From the NCBI GenBank assembly GCA_030390025.1, contig CM059431.1, forward strand, positions 155,436,001 through 155,500,000: a stretch of DNA of 64,000 bases, in the 5' to 3' direction. Made by a program: the position numbers and the translations under genes. Origin of the DNA: Squalus acanthias (taxonomy: Eukaryota). Shown here one piece after another: positions 40,001 through 55,000 of this stretch. How positions within the stretch are numbered: the first letter of the stretch is position 1; each line of letters starts with the position of its first letter. Below the pieces are notes generated by a model, which worked only from the letters and a program-made list of their open reading frames with translations, was not told the origin of the DNA and did no database searches.

Positions 40001-43000
40001 TCTGACGAATGGCGTATCTTCCTTTTATTCGCTTATGGGATCTGGGCGTCGCTGGCAAGGAGAGCATTTATTGCCCATTCCTTAATTGTTTTCTGCATTA
40101 ACTCCCGATTCTGAGCGTTTCATCTCTCCCCTAAGGAAAGCTAGAAATAGAAAAGACGTTTCTTATCCGATTTTTTACATTACTTCTCTGTATATGATTG
40201 CAATATACATTCTTGTTAGGAAATCGGATCCCTAGCTGAATGTCACCGCAGAAGCGATGCTTCCCAACTCATTTTCGATACCGTGCTGGAAAAGGGAGCT
40301 CGGGGAGAAAGAACAATGTGGAACATATTGCTTCAACTGCAAAATACCAAACCCAAGCTAAAAATAACATTGTCAGAGATACAGAGCAGATGTACAGAGG
40401 GAGAAAGTGATCTCGAAGGTTAGTGGTGTCCAAATCTAATTTTCCGTTGGAATAACAAAGTTTTATTTAAGATGAGCACTCTTTTTTACTCGTTTATGTG
40501 ATGTGGGCGTCGCACCAATGGCCAGCATTTATTACCCATTTCTAGTTGCTCTTGAGAAGGTGGTGGCTAGCCGCTTTTTTGAAATGCTGCAGTCCATGTG
40601 GTGAAGGTTCTCCCACAATGCTGTTGGGTTAGCAGTGCCATGAGTTTGACAAAGCGGAAATGAAGGATCGGCGATATACTTCCAAGAGAGGATGGTGTGT
40701 GTCTTGGAGCGGAACTTGGAAGTGGTGGTGTTCCCAGGCGCCTGATACTCTTGACCTTCAGTTGCTAGAGGTCGCGGGTTTCGGAGGTCCTGGCGAAATG
40801 GCCTTGACGAGTTGCCGCAGTGCATCTTGTAGATGGTCCACTCTGCAGCCACTGTGTGGCAGTGGGGAAAGGACTGGATGCTACTAATTTATGCAGGATT
40901 GTGTGAGTTTTATACTTGAACGAACTTATACATTTCAGCTTGCACAGAGCTCCACTACTCCTGTGCAAATTCACCTTTTGTTCCACGGATCCGTGATTCC
41001 CTCAATAACTGAACTACTTTGATTCCTTAAACCACATTGATCATTTGTGAAAGGCTCCTACTCATCCTCAAATCTCTCGCCACCCTTATCTCTAAAGTCG
41101 TCTTCACATCCCCTCTTTTGCACTGCAGTCCCTCCGCTCCCTTGCTGTGGTCTCCAGTGTGCAAGTTCATCAGCTCCGAACTCCAGTCATAGAACTCATC
41201 CCCACCGAATGAAGCTGAGCTCCTATGAGCTTCCATCTCTGTACTTCTTACTTATTTAAACAAAAACCACACATAGCCAGGCCTGGGTTGTTTCTATTAG
41301 CTCCAGCAGAACAGTCAGCGGTAATTCTGAATACCAGCTCTGTAAGGAACCACTAACAGTGTTCACTGCTTGAAAGACTCTCTAAAGAACTTCTGTCGCG
41401 ATAGCCGTTAGTTCAGAGTATTCACACTTTTATAGCATTTATGTTAATCTGTTCTCCATTACACCATCACGGAAAATGCAGATACTGAAATATTACCAAC
41501 GTTGCGGAGCTACACAGATTTCCAGCTGCAAAAAGTTATCGTTTGCTACCGTCAGAGACTAGAACAGTCAATTGAAGAGGTAGTGGAGGTCGTCAGTCAG
41601 TCGCTTGTTGATGCAAACGTGCTTACTGAAACAAATCATAAGGTATGTTTCATCTATGTTTGAATCGTATAGTGTTAAATGACTCAAACGATTGACTGTT
41701 TATAGTCATAAAGTAATAGAGCCACAGAGTTGTACAGCACAGAAAGAGTCCCTTCGGCCCATCGTGTTCGGCGCCTGCCATCAATCCCTGTCTATTCTAA
41801 TCCCACTTTCCAGCACTTGGTCCGTAGCCTTGTATGCTATGGCGTTTCAAGTGCTCATCTAAATGGTACTTGTATGTTGTGAGGGTTCCTTCCTCTACCA
41901 CCCTTTCAGGCAGTGACTTCCAGATTCCAACCACCCTCTGGGTGAAAAAGTTTTTCCTCAAGTCCCCTCTAAACCTCCTGCCCCTTACCTTGAAACTATG
42001 CCCTCTTCTTATCGAACCCTCGACTAATGGGAAAAATGTCATTTCTAAGTACCCTATCTATGCCCCTCATAATTTTCTAAACCTCAATGATATCCCACCT
42101 CAGCCTTCTCTGCTCTAAGGAAAACAACCCCAGCCTGTCCAGTCTCTCTTCATAGCTGCAGCGCTGCTACCCAGGTAACATCCTGGTGAATCTCCTCTGC
42201 ACCCTCTTCAATGCAATCACATCCTTCCTATAGTGTGGCGACCAGAACTGCACACAATATTCCAGCTGTGGCATAACTAGCGTTTTGTACAGCTCCATCA
42301 TAAACTCCCTGCTCTTATATTCTATGCCTCGGCTAATGAAGGCAAGTATCCCATATGCCTTCTTAAACAACTTATCTACCTGTCCTGCTGCATTCATGGA
42401 TCTATGTACATGCACAGGAAGTTCCCTCTGATACTCTGTTCTTTCTAAGGTACTACCATTCATTGTGTATTCCCTTGTCTTGTTAGTCCTCCCAAAATGC
42501 ATCACCTCAAACTTTTCAGGGTTAAAATTAATTTGCCACTTTTCTGCCCATCTGACCAACCCGTCTATATCGTCCTGTAGCCTGAGGCTTCCCTCCTCGC
42601 TATTAACCACCCCACCAATTTTCGTCTCATCTCCGAACTTACTGATCATGCCTCCTACATTCATATCTAAATCATTAATGTACTCTACGAAAAGCAAAGG
42701 ACCAAGCACCGATTCCTGCGGTACACCATCGGACACAGGCTTCCAGTCACAAAAACAACCTTGGACCATCACACTATGCCACCTGCCATTAAGCCAATTG
42801 TGGATCCAATGTGCCAAGTTGCCCTGGAGTCTATGGGCTCTTACCTTCTTGATCAGTCTCCCATGCGGGAATGTGTCAAAAGCCTTACTGAAGTCCATGT
42901 AGCCACATCAACTGCACTGCCCTCACCCACACACCTAGTCACCTCCACGAAAAATTTTATCAAATTGGTCAGACATGATCTCCCCCTGACAAAGCCAAGC

Positions 43001-46000
43001 TGACAATCCTTGATTAATCCTTGCCTCTCCAAATGGAGACTAAATCTGTTCCTCAGTATTTTTTCCAATAATTTCTCTACCACTAATGTTATGCTCACTG
43101 GCCTATAATTCCCTGGTTTATCCCGACAACCCTTCTTGAATAATGGTACTACGTTAGTTGTTCTCCATTCCTCTGGCACCTCCACTGTGGTCAGAGAGGT
43201 TCTGAAAATTTGTGTCATAGCCCCTGCAATCTCCTCCCTTGCCTCACACATGAGACTGGGATACATCTCGTCTGGCCCTGGGATTTATCCACTTTTAAGG
43301 CCTTAAAACCGCTAGTACTCCTCCCTCTTAATAATAATTTGTTCAAGTACATCGCAATCCCCCTGTCTGATTTCAATGCCTACATCGTCCTTCTCCATAG
43401 TGAACACAGATGCAAAATATTCACTTAAAACCCCACCTACATCTTCTGGCTCAGCACATGGATTGGCACTTTGGTCCCTGATGGGTCCTACTATTTTCCT
43501 GGTTATCCTCTTGCCCTTAATATACATATAAAACACCTTGGGATTTTCATTTATTTTGCTGCCAGTGTCATTTCATGCCCCCACTTCGCTCATCCTAATG
43601 TCTTTTTTAAGTACACCCCTGCACTTTCTATACTCCTCTAGGGCTTCCACTGTTTTTAGTCCTTTGTATCTGCCAAAAGCCTCCCTTTTTTCCTACTCCA
43701 TTCTCGTATATCCCTTGACATCCAGGATTCAATATGTTTGTTGGTCCCACCCTTGACCTTTAGGGGAACATTTTGCCGTTATACGCTCTCTATTTCCTTT
43801 CTGAAAGACTCCCAATGCTCTGATGTGGATTTTCCTATAAGTAGCAGATCCCATTCCACTTTGGCCAGATCCTGCCTTATCATATTAAAATCGACCTTCC
43901 CCGAATTTAGAATCTTTATTTCCGGTCCATCTTTGTCCTTTTCCATGACTACCTTAAATCTCACCGAATTATGATTACTGTCACCAAAATGCTCTCCTAC
44001 TAACACTTCTCCCACTTGTCTGCCTACATTACCTAGAATTAGGACCAGTACCGCCCCCTCTCTTGTAGGACTTTCTACATGCTGGCTCAAAAAACTCTCC
44101 TGGATGCACTTTAAGAATTTAGCACCCTCTAAGCCTTTCACACTGTGACTATCCCAGTTAATATTGGGGAAGTTGAAATCTCCTGCTTTTATTACCTATT
44201 ATTTCTACACTTCCTTGAGATTTGCCTACATATCTGTTCCTCTATGTTCCCCTGACTGTTTGGGGGCCTATGGTACACTCCCAGCAAAGTGCTCGCCCCC
44301 TTTTTGTTGTTATGTTCGTCCTATATGCCCTCATTAGAGGAACCTGCTAAGATATCATCTCTCCTTGAAGCAGTAATTGACTCGTTGATTAATATGGCGA
44401 CACCCCCTCAACTTTTACACCCCCCTCTGTCTCGCCTGAAGATTCTATACCCCGGAATATTGAGCTGCCAGTCCTGCCCCTCCCTCAACCATGTCTCTGT
44501 GACAGCAATAATATCGTACTCCCTTGTGTTCAACAACACCTTCAATTCATCTACCTTACTCGCAAGACTCCTTGCATTAAAATAAACGCCATCCAGCCTT
44601 GCCATACTGCCATGTGCCGTTACATATTTGCTCTGCATGTCAGGCTGACTTGCTTTTTCCTCTATAGTTGGCTGTGCATCACCCCCTACTGTCCTGCCAC
44701 TCCGTATCTCATCCCCCTGCCAAGTTAGTTTAAACCGCCCCGCCGCAAATGTATTGGAAATCTCGCTGCAAGGATGTTGATCCCTTTCCGTTTCAGGTGC
44801 AACCCGTCCGACTTGTACAGGTGCCACAATCCCCAGAAGCAGACCCAGTGATGCAGGAAACTAACGCCCTCCCTCCAGCACCAACTCTTTAGCCACGCAT
44901 TCAACTGCTGTATCCTCTTATTCTTATACTCACTAGCACGTGGCACCCGGAGTAATCCCGAGATTACTACCTTTGAGGTCATGCTTTTTAATCTGCTACC
45001 TTGCCCCCTAAATTCTTTTTGCAGGACCTCATCCCTCTTTCTACCAATGTCGTTGGTACCAACGTGAACCAGGACCTCTGACTGTTCGCCCTCCCCCTTC
45101 AGAATGCCCTGCAGCCGTTCAGTGACATCCTTGACCCTGGCACTAGGGAGGCAACATACCATCCTGGAGTCACGTCTGCGGCCACAGAAACGTCTATCTG
45201 TTCCCCTTACGATAGAATCCCCTATCACTATCGCTCTCCCACTCTTGTTCCTCCCCTCCTGTGCAGCTGAGCCACTCGTAGTGCCACGGATTTGGCTCTT
45301 GCTGCATTACCCTGAGAAAAAAATCTCCCCCAAATATATCCAAAACGGAAAATCTGTCGGAGAAGGAGATGGACCTAGGGAACTTCTGCAATTCCTTCCT
45401 AGTTATTTTCCTCTGTCTGATGTTCACCCATTCCCTGTCTGCATGTGCACTTTTTACCAGCGGTGTGACAACCTTGTTAAACGTGCTATCCACGAAGATC
45501 TCAGCTTCGCGGATTTTCCACAGTGACTCCAGCCGCAGCTCCAGCTCCGAAACGCGGATTTCGAGAAGCTGCAGCTGGAGACACTTCTTGCACATGTGAT
45601 CGCCCTGGACACCTAAAGTGTCCCTGACTTTCAACAGAGCACAGGAGGAGCACTCCACGCTGTTTAGACAGAGAGTATTATGTGCAAGCCAACGATATAA
45701 GCAGTACACTACGCTGTACTGGTTTAACTTCAGTAGACAATCTGAAATTAATGTCCTGTGTCAGTGATTTGAAATACTCTTCTGAGATATCACTGTTAAA
45801 TTAATTTTTCATGAATTGTCAATGCATGCATTCATAATAAGAGAACAGTACCTCATGGACGAACCGTGATTTTTAATGGCAGCCTTCTGTGCCCAATTAT
45901 CGTCAGCTGCTTCATCAATGACCTTCCTTCAAAAGGTCAGAGTTGGGGCTATTCGCTAATGATTGCACAATGTTTAGTTCCGTTCGCAATTCATCAGAAA

Positions 46001-49000
46001 ACGAAGCAGTCCATGCCCGCACGCAGCATGTCCCTGACAACATCCAAGTTTGGGCCGATAAGAGACAGGTAACATTTATGCCACCTAAGTTTCAGGTGCT
46101 GGCTACTTGCAACTCGAGAAAGTCTAACCCATTTCCATTGACATTCAATGGCTTCACCATCGGCGTTCTACCACCATCAGTGTCCCGGTGATCAGCAATA
46201 AAACCAGCTTTGAAAATTTACTGCCAAACCTCTTGCAGTTAATGTTATTCCAGTAGCCACGCCCCTCGAAATGAGTAATTGAATAAGACAAAACATGCAG
46301 CGCAAGCAACACATATCATCCTTGCAGTGCAATGGACAACCAGGTGCTAATTCAAAACTGTTATAATCACATAATTCAAATCTCATCAGAATAAGTTAAC
46401 TGACACATACGAACTTAACAGTATGACATTTCCTACTATCACGGCCGAGATGCTCTACTCATTCTCCATCAAACCGGCCGTGCGTTTCGAATTGGTTTGA
46501 GCCATTGCCGGTGGCACGGAATTAAACAATTTCTACTGTACATCTCCAATTGGTTTGTTCCATTCTACTTCTTGCTACGTCCCACCCCTACCTCGGCCCA
46601 AAACTCAGGGACGTCAACACACCTAGCCTCTCCCGAGGCCACATCCTCTCACCTCAGTAATGCCATAATGTCGCATTTCATAAAATAAACCTAGTCTAAT
46701 CTATGATGTTTATCTGCTCCCATTCTCCAATACGTCCTCACTTATGTAGCACAAATGTAAAGAGACATATTTCCGTGAATAAAGCTGGGAAGTTGAAGGT
46801 ACAGTTTGTCTGAGGGTATGATACATAGATTTGATCGACGTGGCTTATATAAGGGCATGATTGGGAGATGAATTGAGCACTGTTAACTGAAGATCATCTT
46901 AATTAAGTTGTATGCAAATAGGGAGCATTCATTAATAACAGTTTCATTTGCAGAAATGGATCTTCAGGAATGATATAAGGAATGATTCAAAATAGAAATC
47001 AATAAGTTTGGGGTAACACCATCATAACATAACTCTTTATTATAAGGCATTCGTTGTCTTACACAAAATAATTGAAAAGTGATGGAAGAAGAGTTATATA
47101 GACAAATTGGAGATAATGCTGCAATAACAGTAACAGTGATTGGTGACTGTAAATATTCAAAGTACAGAAGTAACCGAAGAGGGGAAGGGAGGCCGTCGTG
47201 TCTGAAGAATGTCCAGGACATTATTCAGCTGGCTACAATTTTGGACGACAAGAATGGATTGAGTAATTTAATCTATTTCGAGCAATGGGCAGGGGCTAGT
47301 CGGTGAGGTAAGGGTAGTAAAACATTTACCAATGTTATCGTGTATATGTTCATATGTTAGTATTCAAATGAATTATAAAACGTTTCCTTACAATCAAATT
47401 AATAAATATGTTAAATGAATAAATCTAATTTCAACGAGGCTGACATATTAGCTCAGTTATATTGAGGCGGATATGATCAGTTAATATCGTGGGTAGGCAA
47501 TAGGAAGTTAGACAATATAAGTTTCCCATACAAGATACACAGATCACACGGGAATGAGAGCATTGCAGGGCAGACAAGAATAACTTGGGTTTGCAGAGAA
47601 AATGAAATAAACAATAGATTTAACATTGAATGTAGGAGTGTAGGAAAAGTTAGTTAAAAACTAATGAAGGAAGCCTGGGTAATATAGTAAACATATAATA
47701 GATGAATAAGTGGCCGGTGACAGAGTTCGAGAAAATGATCATATTCCATATATACTTCAAGGAAAAAAGTTACACAAAGAAAAGAGCTGTGGAGAGATGA
47801 AATGGGAATAGTTTATATAGAGGACGAGGGATTAACTGAAAAGCTTTTGGTACTGTTTCGATGAACTAACGTGATACTTGGAATGAATGAAAACCTCATT
47901 GAAGTCAATGGAAATGAAAATCAGATGAGAGTAAAGCTGGGCTGCCAATTCGCTTCTGCGCGTTTGACCCAATTGGCCAACACTGGCCAACACAGTGTGA
48001 CCCCTTCTTTATAGTTGTCAACTTGTGCAATCTCAGTATCTAAAAAACTAACTATGTTCTTTCAGAAATACTAAGTTCCTTAACTACCAATATTTTTTTA
48101 TTTTTTATCGTATCCTATACATGTAACCGTAGCTTTGTGCTTTGATTTTGCAACTTACCCTTTTCCATCAATCAGTTGCTTGTTATAATGCAAGAAAGTC
48201 CAGTCGCCCTCGGTGTCACAAATCTGCTCCTTTATATCTCTGTAACATCTTCCAGTCTTACAACCTGCCGAAATCCAGGCTCTGGCCCAAATCTTACTTC
48301 TTGTGCATCCCCCATTTTAATCGCTCCAACATTGATGGCCTTGCTTTAAGCGGTTTAGAACCTAAGCTCTGGAATTCCCTCCCGAAACCACTATGAATCT
48401 CTGTCTCTCTCTTCTCTAAGACTCTCTTTAAGTCTACACTATGAACAAGCTTTGGTCACCTGTCCTAATATCTACCTCTGATGCTTGGTGTTACATTTTT
48501 TTGATAACACTCCCTTTGCAACTCTTTGGGACGGTTTACTGCGCTGGTTCTTGTTGTTTCTACTTAATTCTCGTTGCAGGCACGCCACCTCTCTGACTAT
48601 GGGCGTATCTTGTATTCGCTTATGGGATCTGGGCGTTGCTGGCAAGGACAGCATTTATTGCTCATTCCTTAATTGTTTTCTGCATTAATTCCCGATTCTG
48701 AGCGTTTCATCTCTCCCCTAAGGAAAGCTAGAAATAGTAAAGACGTTTCTTATCCGAGTTTGTACATTACTTCTCTATATATGATTGCAATATACATTCT
48801 TGTTAGGAAATCAGATCCCTAGCTGAATGTCACCGCAAGAGCGATGCATCCCAAATAATTTTCGATACCCTGCTGGAAAAGGGAGCTCGGGGACAAAGAA
48901 AAATGTGGAACATATTGCTACAACTGCAGAACACCAAACCCAAGCTGAAAATGACATTGTCAGAGATACAGAATAGATGTACAGAGGGAGAAAGTGATCT

Positions 49001-52000
49001 CGAAGGTTAGTGGTGTCCAAATCTAATTTTCCGTTATGAAAAACAAAGTTTTATTTAAGATGAGCACTATGTTGTACTCGTTTATGTGATGTGGGCGTCG
49101 CACCAATGGCCAGCATTTATTACCCATCCCTAGTTGCCCTTGAGAAGGTGGTGGTTCGCCGCTTTCCAGAAACGCTGCAGTCCATGTGGTGAAGGTTCTG
49201 CCACAATGCTCTTGGGGAGGCAGTGCCATGAGTTTGACAAAGCGAAAATGAAGGAACGGCGATATACTTCCAAGAGAGGATGGTGTGTGACTTGGAAGGG
49301 AACTTGGAAGTTGTGGTGTGCCCAGGCGCCTGATACTCTTGACCTTCCAGTTGCTAGAGGACGCGGGTTTCGGAGGTACTGGCGAAGAAGCCTTGAGGAG
49401 TTGCTGCAGTGCATCTTGTACATGGTCCAATCTGCAGCCACTGTGTGGCAGTGGGGAAGGGACTGGATGCTAATAATTTATAAAGGCTTGTGTGAGTTTT
49501 ATACTCTATTCCGTGAACGAACTTATAAATTTCAGTTGGACAGAGCTCCACTAATGCTATGCAAAATTATCTTTTTTCCACGGATCCGTGATGCCCTCAT
49601 TAACTGACCTATTTTGATTCTTGAACCACATTGACCATTTGTGAAAGGCTCCTACTCATCCTCAAATCTCTCGCCTACCTTATCTCTAAAGTCATCTTCA
49701 CATCCCCGCTTTTGCACTCCAGTCCCTCCTCTCCCTTGCTGTGCTCTCCAGTGTACCAGTTCATCAGCTCCGAACTCCAGACATAGAACTCATCCACACC
49801 GACTGGAACTAAGCTCCTATGAGCTTCCATCTCTGTACTTCTTACTTTTGAAACAACGACTACACTTAGTCAGGCCTGGGTTGTTTCTCTTAACTGCAGC
49901 AGAACAGTCAGCGTTAATTCTGAATAACAGCTCTGTAAGGCACCACTGGCAGTGTTCACTGCTTGAAAGTGTCTGTAAAGAACTTCTGTCGCGATATCCG
50001 TTATTTCAGTGTATTCACTGTTTCATTGCAATTATTTTAATCTGTTCTCATTTACACCTTCACAGAAAAGGCAGATACTGAAATATTATCACCGTTGGCG
50101 TGCTACACGGATTTCCAGCTGCGCAGAGTTATCGTTTGCTACCGTCAGAGACTAGAACAGTCAATTGAAGAGGTAGTGGAGGCCTTTAGTAAGTCGCTTG
50201 CAGATGCAAACGTGCTTACTGAAACAGATCATAAGGTATGTTTCATCTATGTTTGAATCGTAAAGTATTAAATGAGTCAAACGATTGACTGTTTAGACAG
50301 AGTGTATTCTGTGCAACCCAACGATATAAGCAGTACATCAAGCTGTACTGGTTTAACTTCAGTAGACAATCTGAAACTATTGGCCTGTTTCAGTGATTTC
50401 AAATACTCTTCTGAGATATTACTGTTAAATTAATTTTTCATGAATTGTCAATGCATGCATTCTTAATAAGAGAACAGTACCTCATGGACTAACCGTGATT
50501 TTTAAAGGCAGCCTTATGTGCCCAATTATAGTCAGCTGCTTCATTAATGACCTTCCTTGAAAAGGTCAGAGTTGGGGCTATTCGCTAATGATTGCACAAT
50601 GATTAGTTCCGATCGCAATTTCTCAGAAAATGAAGCAGTCCATGCCCGTAAGCAGCATGACCCGGACATCATCCAAGTTTGGGCCGATAAGTGACAGGTA
50701 ACATTTATGCCACATACGTTTCAGGTACAGGCTACTTGCAGCTAGAGAAAGTCTAACCCATTTCCATTGACATTCAATGGCTTTACCATCGGCGTTCTAC
50801 CACCATGAGTGTCCCGGTGATCACCACTAAAACCAGCTTAGAGAATTTACTGCCAAACCTCTTGCAGTTAACGTTATTCCAGTAGCCAAGCCCCTCGAAA
50901 TGAATAATTGAATAAGACAAAACATGCAGCACATGCAACACACATCATAATTATAGTCCAATGGACAACCAGGTGCTAATTCAAAACTGTTATAATCACA
51001 TAATTCAAATCTCATGAGAATAATTTAACTGACAAATACGAACTTAACAGTATGACATTTCCTACGATCACGGCCGAGACGTTCCGCCCATTCTCCATCT
51101 TAACGGCCGTGCGTTTCGAAATGGATTGAGCCATTGCCGGTGGCGCGGACTGAACAATTTCTACTGAACATATCCAATTGGTTTCTTCAATTCTACTTCT
51201 TGCTAAGTCCCACCCCTAACTCGGCCCAAAACTCAGGGACGTCAACACACCTCGCCTCTCCCGAGGCCACATCATCTCACCTCAGGAATGCCATAATGTC
51301 GCATTTCATAAAATAGCCTTAGTCTAATCTATGATGTTTAACTTCTCCCATTCTCCATTAACTCCTCTCTTATGTAACACAAATGTAAAGAGACATAGTA
51401 CTTTGAATAATCTAGGAATTTCAGGGTACAGTTTGTCTGAGGGGATGATATAATGATGTGATCGACGTGGCTTATCTAAGGGCAGGATTGGGAGATAAAT
51501 TGTGCTCTGTTACCTGAAGATCATGGTAATTTAGTTGTACGCAAACAGGAAGCATTCATTAATAACAGATTCAGTTGCAGAAGTGGATCTTCAGAAATGA
51601 TATAAGGAATGATTCAAAATAGTAATGTATAAGATTAGGGTAACACCACAAAATGGAACTCTTTTTGTATCAGGCTTTCGTTGTCTAACACAAAATAGTG
51701 GAAAAGGGATAGCAGAAGAGTTATATAGATAAATTGGAGATAATGCAGTCATAACAGTAGCAGTGATTGGTGACTTTGAATATACAAAGTACAGAAGTAA
51801 CCGAAGTGGGGAAGGGTGGCCGTGTTGTATTAGGTTTGTCCAGGACATTTTTCAGCTGGCTACAACTTTAGAACGACAAGGGAGGATTGAGCATTTCATC
51901 TATTTCTTGAAATGGGCAGGGGCTAGTCGGTCAGGAAAGGGTAGAAAAACAGCTACCAATTATTTCTTTAGTATTCATATGAATTATAAAATGTTTCGTT

Positions 52001-55000
52001 ACAATCAAAACAATAAATATTTTAAAGGAATACATCTAATTTCAACGAGGCTGACATATTAGCTCAGTTATATTGAGGCGGATATGATCAGTTAATATCG
52101 TGGGTAGGCAATAGGAATTTAGACAATATAAGTTCCCCATACAAGATATACAAATCATACGGGAATGAAAGCAATGCAGGGCAGACAAGAATTACTTGGG
52201 CTTGCACAGAAAATAACATAAACAATAGATTTAAAATTGAATGTCGGAGTGCAGGGCTAGTTATATAAAACAAATGAATTAAGTTTGCGTAATATAGTGA
52301 ACATTTAATAGATGAATGAGTGGCCGGTGACAGAGTTTGATACAATGATCATATTCCATATACACTTCAAGGAACAAATTTACACCAACAAAAGAGCTGT
52401 GTAGAGATGTAATGGGAATGGTTCATATAGAGGACGAATGATTCACTAAAAAGCTATTGGTACTGTTTCGATAAATTAAGTTGATACTTGGAATGAATGA
52501 AAATCTCTTTAAAGTCAATGGAAATGAAAGTCAGACGCGAGTAAAACTGGGCTGCCATTTCGTTTTGCGCGTTTGACCCAATTGGCCAACAATAGCCAAT
52601 ACATTTTGACCGCTTCTTTATGGTTGTCAACTTCTGTAATCTGAGTTTCTAAAAAACTAGCTCTGAGTTTACAAAAATATTTAGTTCCTTAACTACCAAC
52701 AATTATTGGTTTTGATCGTATCCTATACCTGTAACCGCAGCTTTGTGCTTTGATTTTGCACTTCCCCCTTTTCCATCAATCAGTTGCTGGTTATAATGAG
52801 AGAAAATCCAGTCGCCCTGGGTGGCTCAAAGCTGATTTTTTCAATCTCTGTAACCTCTTCCAATCATAACACCTGTCGAGATCCAGGCGCTGACCCAATT
52901 CTACTCTCTTCTGCATCCCCCATTTTCATCGCTCCACCATTGATGGCCTTGCCTTAAGCGGTTCAGACCCTAAGCTCTGGAATTCACTCCCGAAACCAGC
53001 ATGAATCTCTAGCTCTCTCTTCTTTAAGACTCTCTTTAAATCTACTCTATGACCAAGATTTGGTCACCTGTCCTAATGGCCCAAAAATTTGTGCCGCTAC
53101 GCGAGAGTACGCACTGCGTACTCTCGCGTATTCTGTCTCCAATTGCCGGTTTTCTGCATCCACTGCCCATGCGCTGATAACCGGCACTTGGTGAATGGAA
53201 AAGGGGGCGGGTCCTAGGTGAACCGCGTGCGCGCTACAGGCTGCGCGCACGCTGTGCACTTAGTGGTTTCAATGCGCAGGTAAGTACGGAAGATTCGACA
53301 CATAAAAAAAGGAGTAAGACCAACTTTTAACAAGGTAAGTAGTGAATTAAGCATTATTTTGAATTTTTTTTAACAGGTATATCTTTTTTAGAGACTTTAA
53401 AGACAGGTAAGTTTATTTTTATAACATTTTAAAAGATTTTAAATTTTTTCAAAAATTTAATTTTTTATTTAAAATGGTTAATTTATTTAACTATACTTAT
53501 TTTATTAATGTGATGTTTTTTTTAAATTTAATTGAGGTTTAGCGGTTCTTTTGGGGGACTATAGTATTCATAACTTTCACAGCTCTTATGTGAAAGTTAC
53601 GAATGGAAGATGGTGTGCTGCCATTGGCTCTAACTGAGTCACGTGATCCCACAGCACGCACGAATTAACTACGCCGGTGGGATACGAAAGCCCAGCACAG
53701 CAGCTGTCCAGAACATCAAGTTCATGCGAGCTGGAACTGAAAAAGCCAACGTGGAGTGAGAGATCGCGGGGAGGTCTTACCCTCGCACGAAGGCTTCCTC
53801 ACGAATTTTTGGGCCAATCTTCCTCTGATGCTTGGTGTTACATTTTTTTTAATAACACTCGCTTTGCAACGCTTTTGGACAATTTACTAAGCTAGGTCTT
53901 GCTGTTTCTACATAATTCTCATTGCAGGCACTCCTCCTGTCTGCCTAATGGCTTATCTTCCTTTTTTCGATTAGGTGATCTGGGCGTCGCTGGCAAGGAC
54001 AGCATTTATTCCTCATCCCTTAATTATTTTCTGCATTAACTCCCGATTCTGAGCGGTTCTCCTCTCTCCCCAGGAAAGCTAGAAATAGAGAAGACGTTTC
54101 TTATCGGAGTTTGTAAATTTCTTCTCTATATATGATTACAACATACATTCTTGTTAGGAAATCGGATCCCTAGCTGAATGTCACCGCAGAAGCGATGCTT
54201 CCCAAATCATTTTCGATACCGTGCTGGAAAAAGGAGCTCGGGGAGAAAGAAAAATGTGGAACATATTGCTTCAACTGCAGAACACCAAACCCAAGCTGAA
54301 AATGACATTGTCAGAGATACAGAACAGATGTACAGAGGGAGAAAGTGATCTAGAAGGTTAGTGGCATCGAAATCTAATTTTCCCTTAGATTAACAAAGTT
54401 TTATTTAAGGTGATAAATATTTTGTATTCGTTTATTGAATGTGGGTGTCGCTGGCAAGGCCAGCATTTATTGCCCATCACTAGTTGCCCTTGAGAACGTG
54501 GTGGTTAGCCGCTTTCCTGTAACGCTACAGTCCATGTGGTGAAGGTACTCCCACAATCCTGTTGGGGAGGGAGTGCCATGAGTTTGACAAAGCGACAAAG
54601 AAGGAACGGCGATATAATTCCAAGTAATGATGGTGTGTGACTTGGAGTGGAACTTGGAAGTGGTTGTGCTCCCTTGCGTCTACTGCTCTTGTCCTTCTCG
54701 ATGGTAAGGTCGCCGGTTTGGGGGTACTGCCGAAGAAGCCTTGACGAATTGCCGCAGTGCAGCTTGTAGATGGTCCACTCTGCAGCGACGATGTGGCAGT
54801 GGGGAAGGGACTCAATGCTACCAATTTTACAGGCTTGTATGAGTTTTATACTCGATTCCTCAAACGACCTTTGGCACTGTCCGTTATAAATTAGAGCTTG
54901 GACAGAGCTGCACTACTCCTATGCAATTTCACCTTTTGTTCCACGGATCCCTGATGCCCTCATTAACGGACCTACTTTGATTCCTTAAACCACATTGAAC

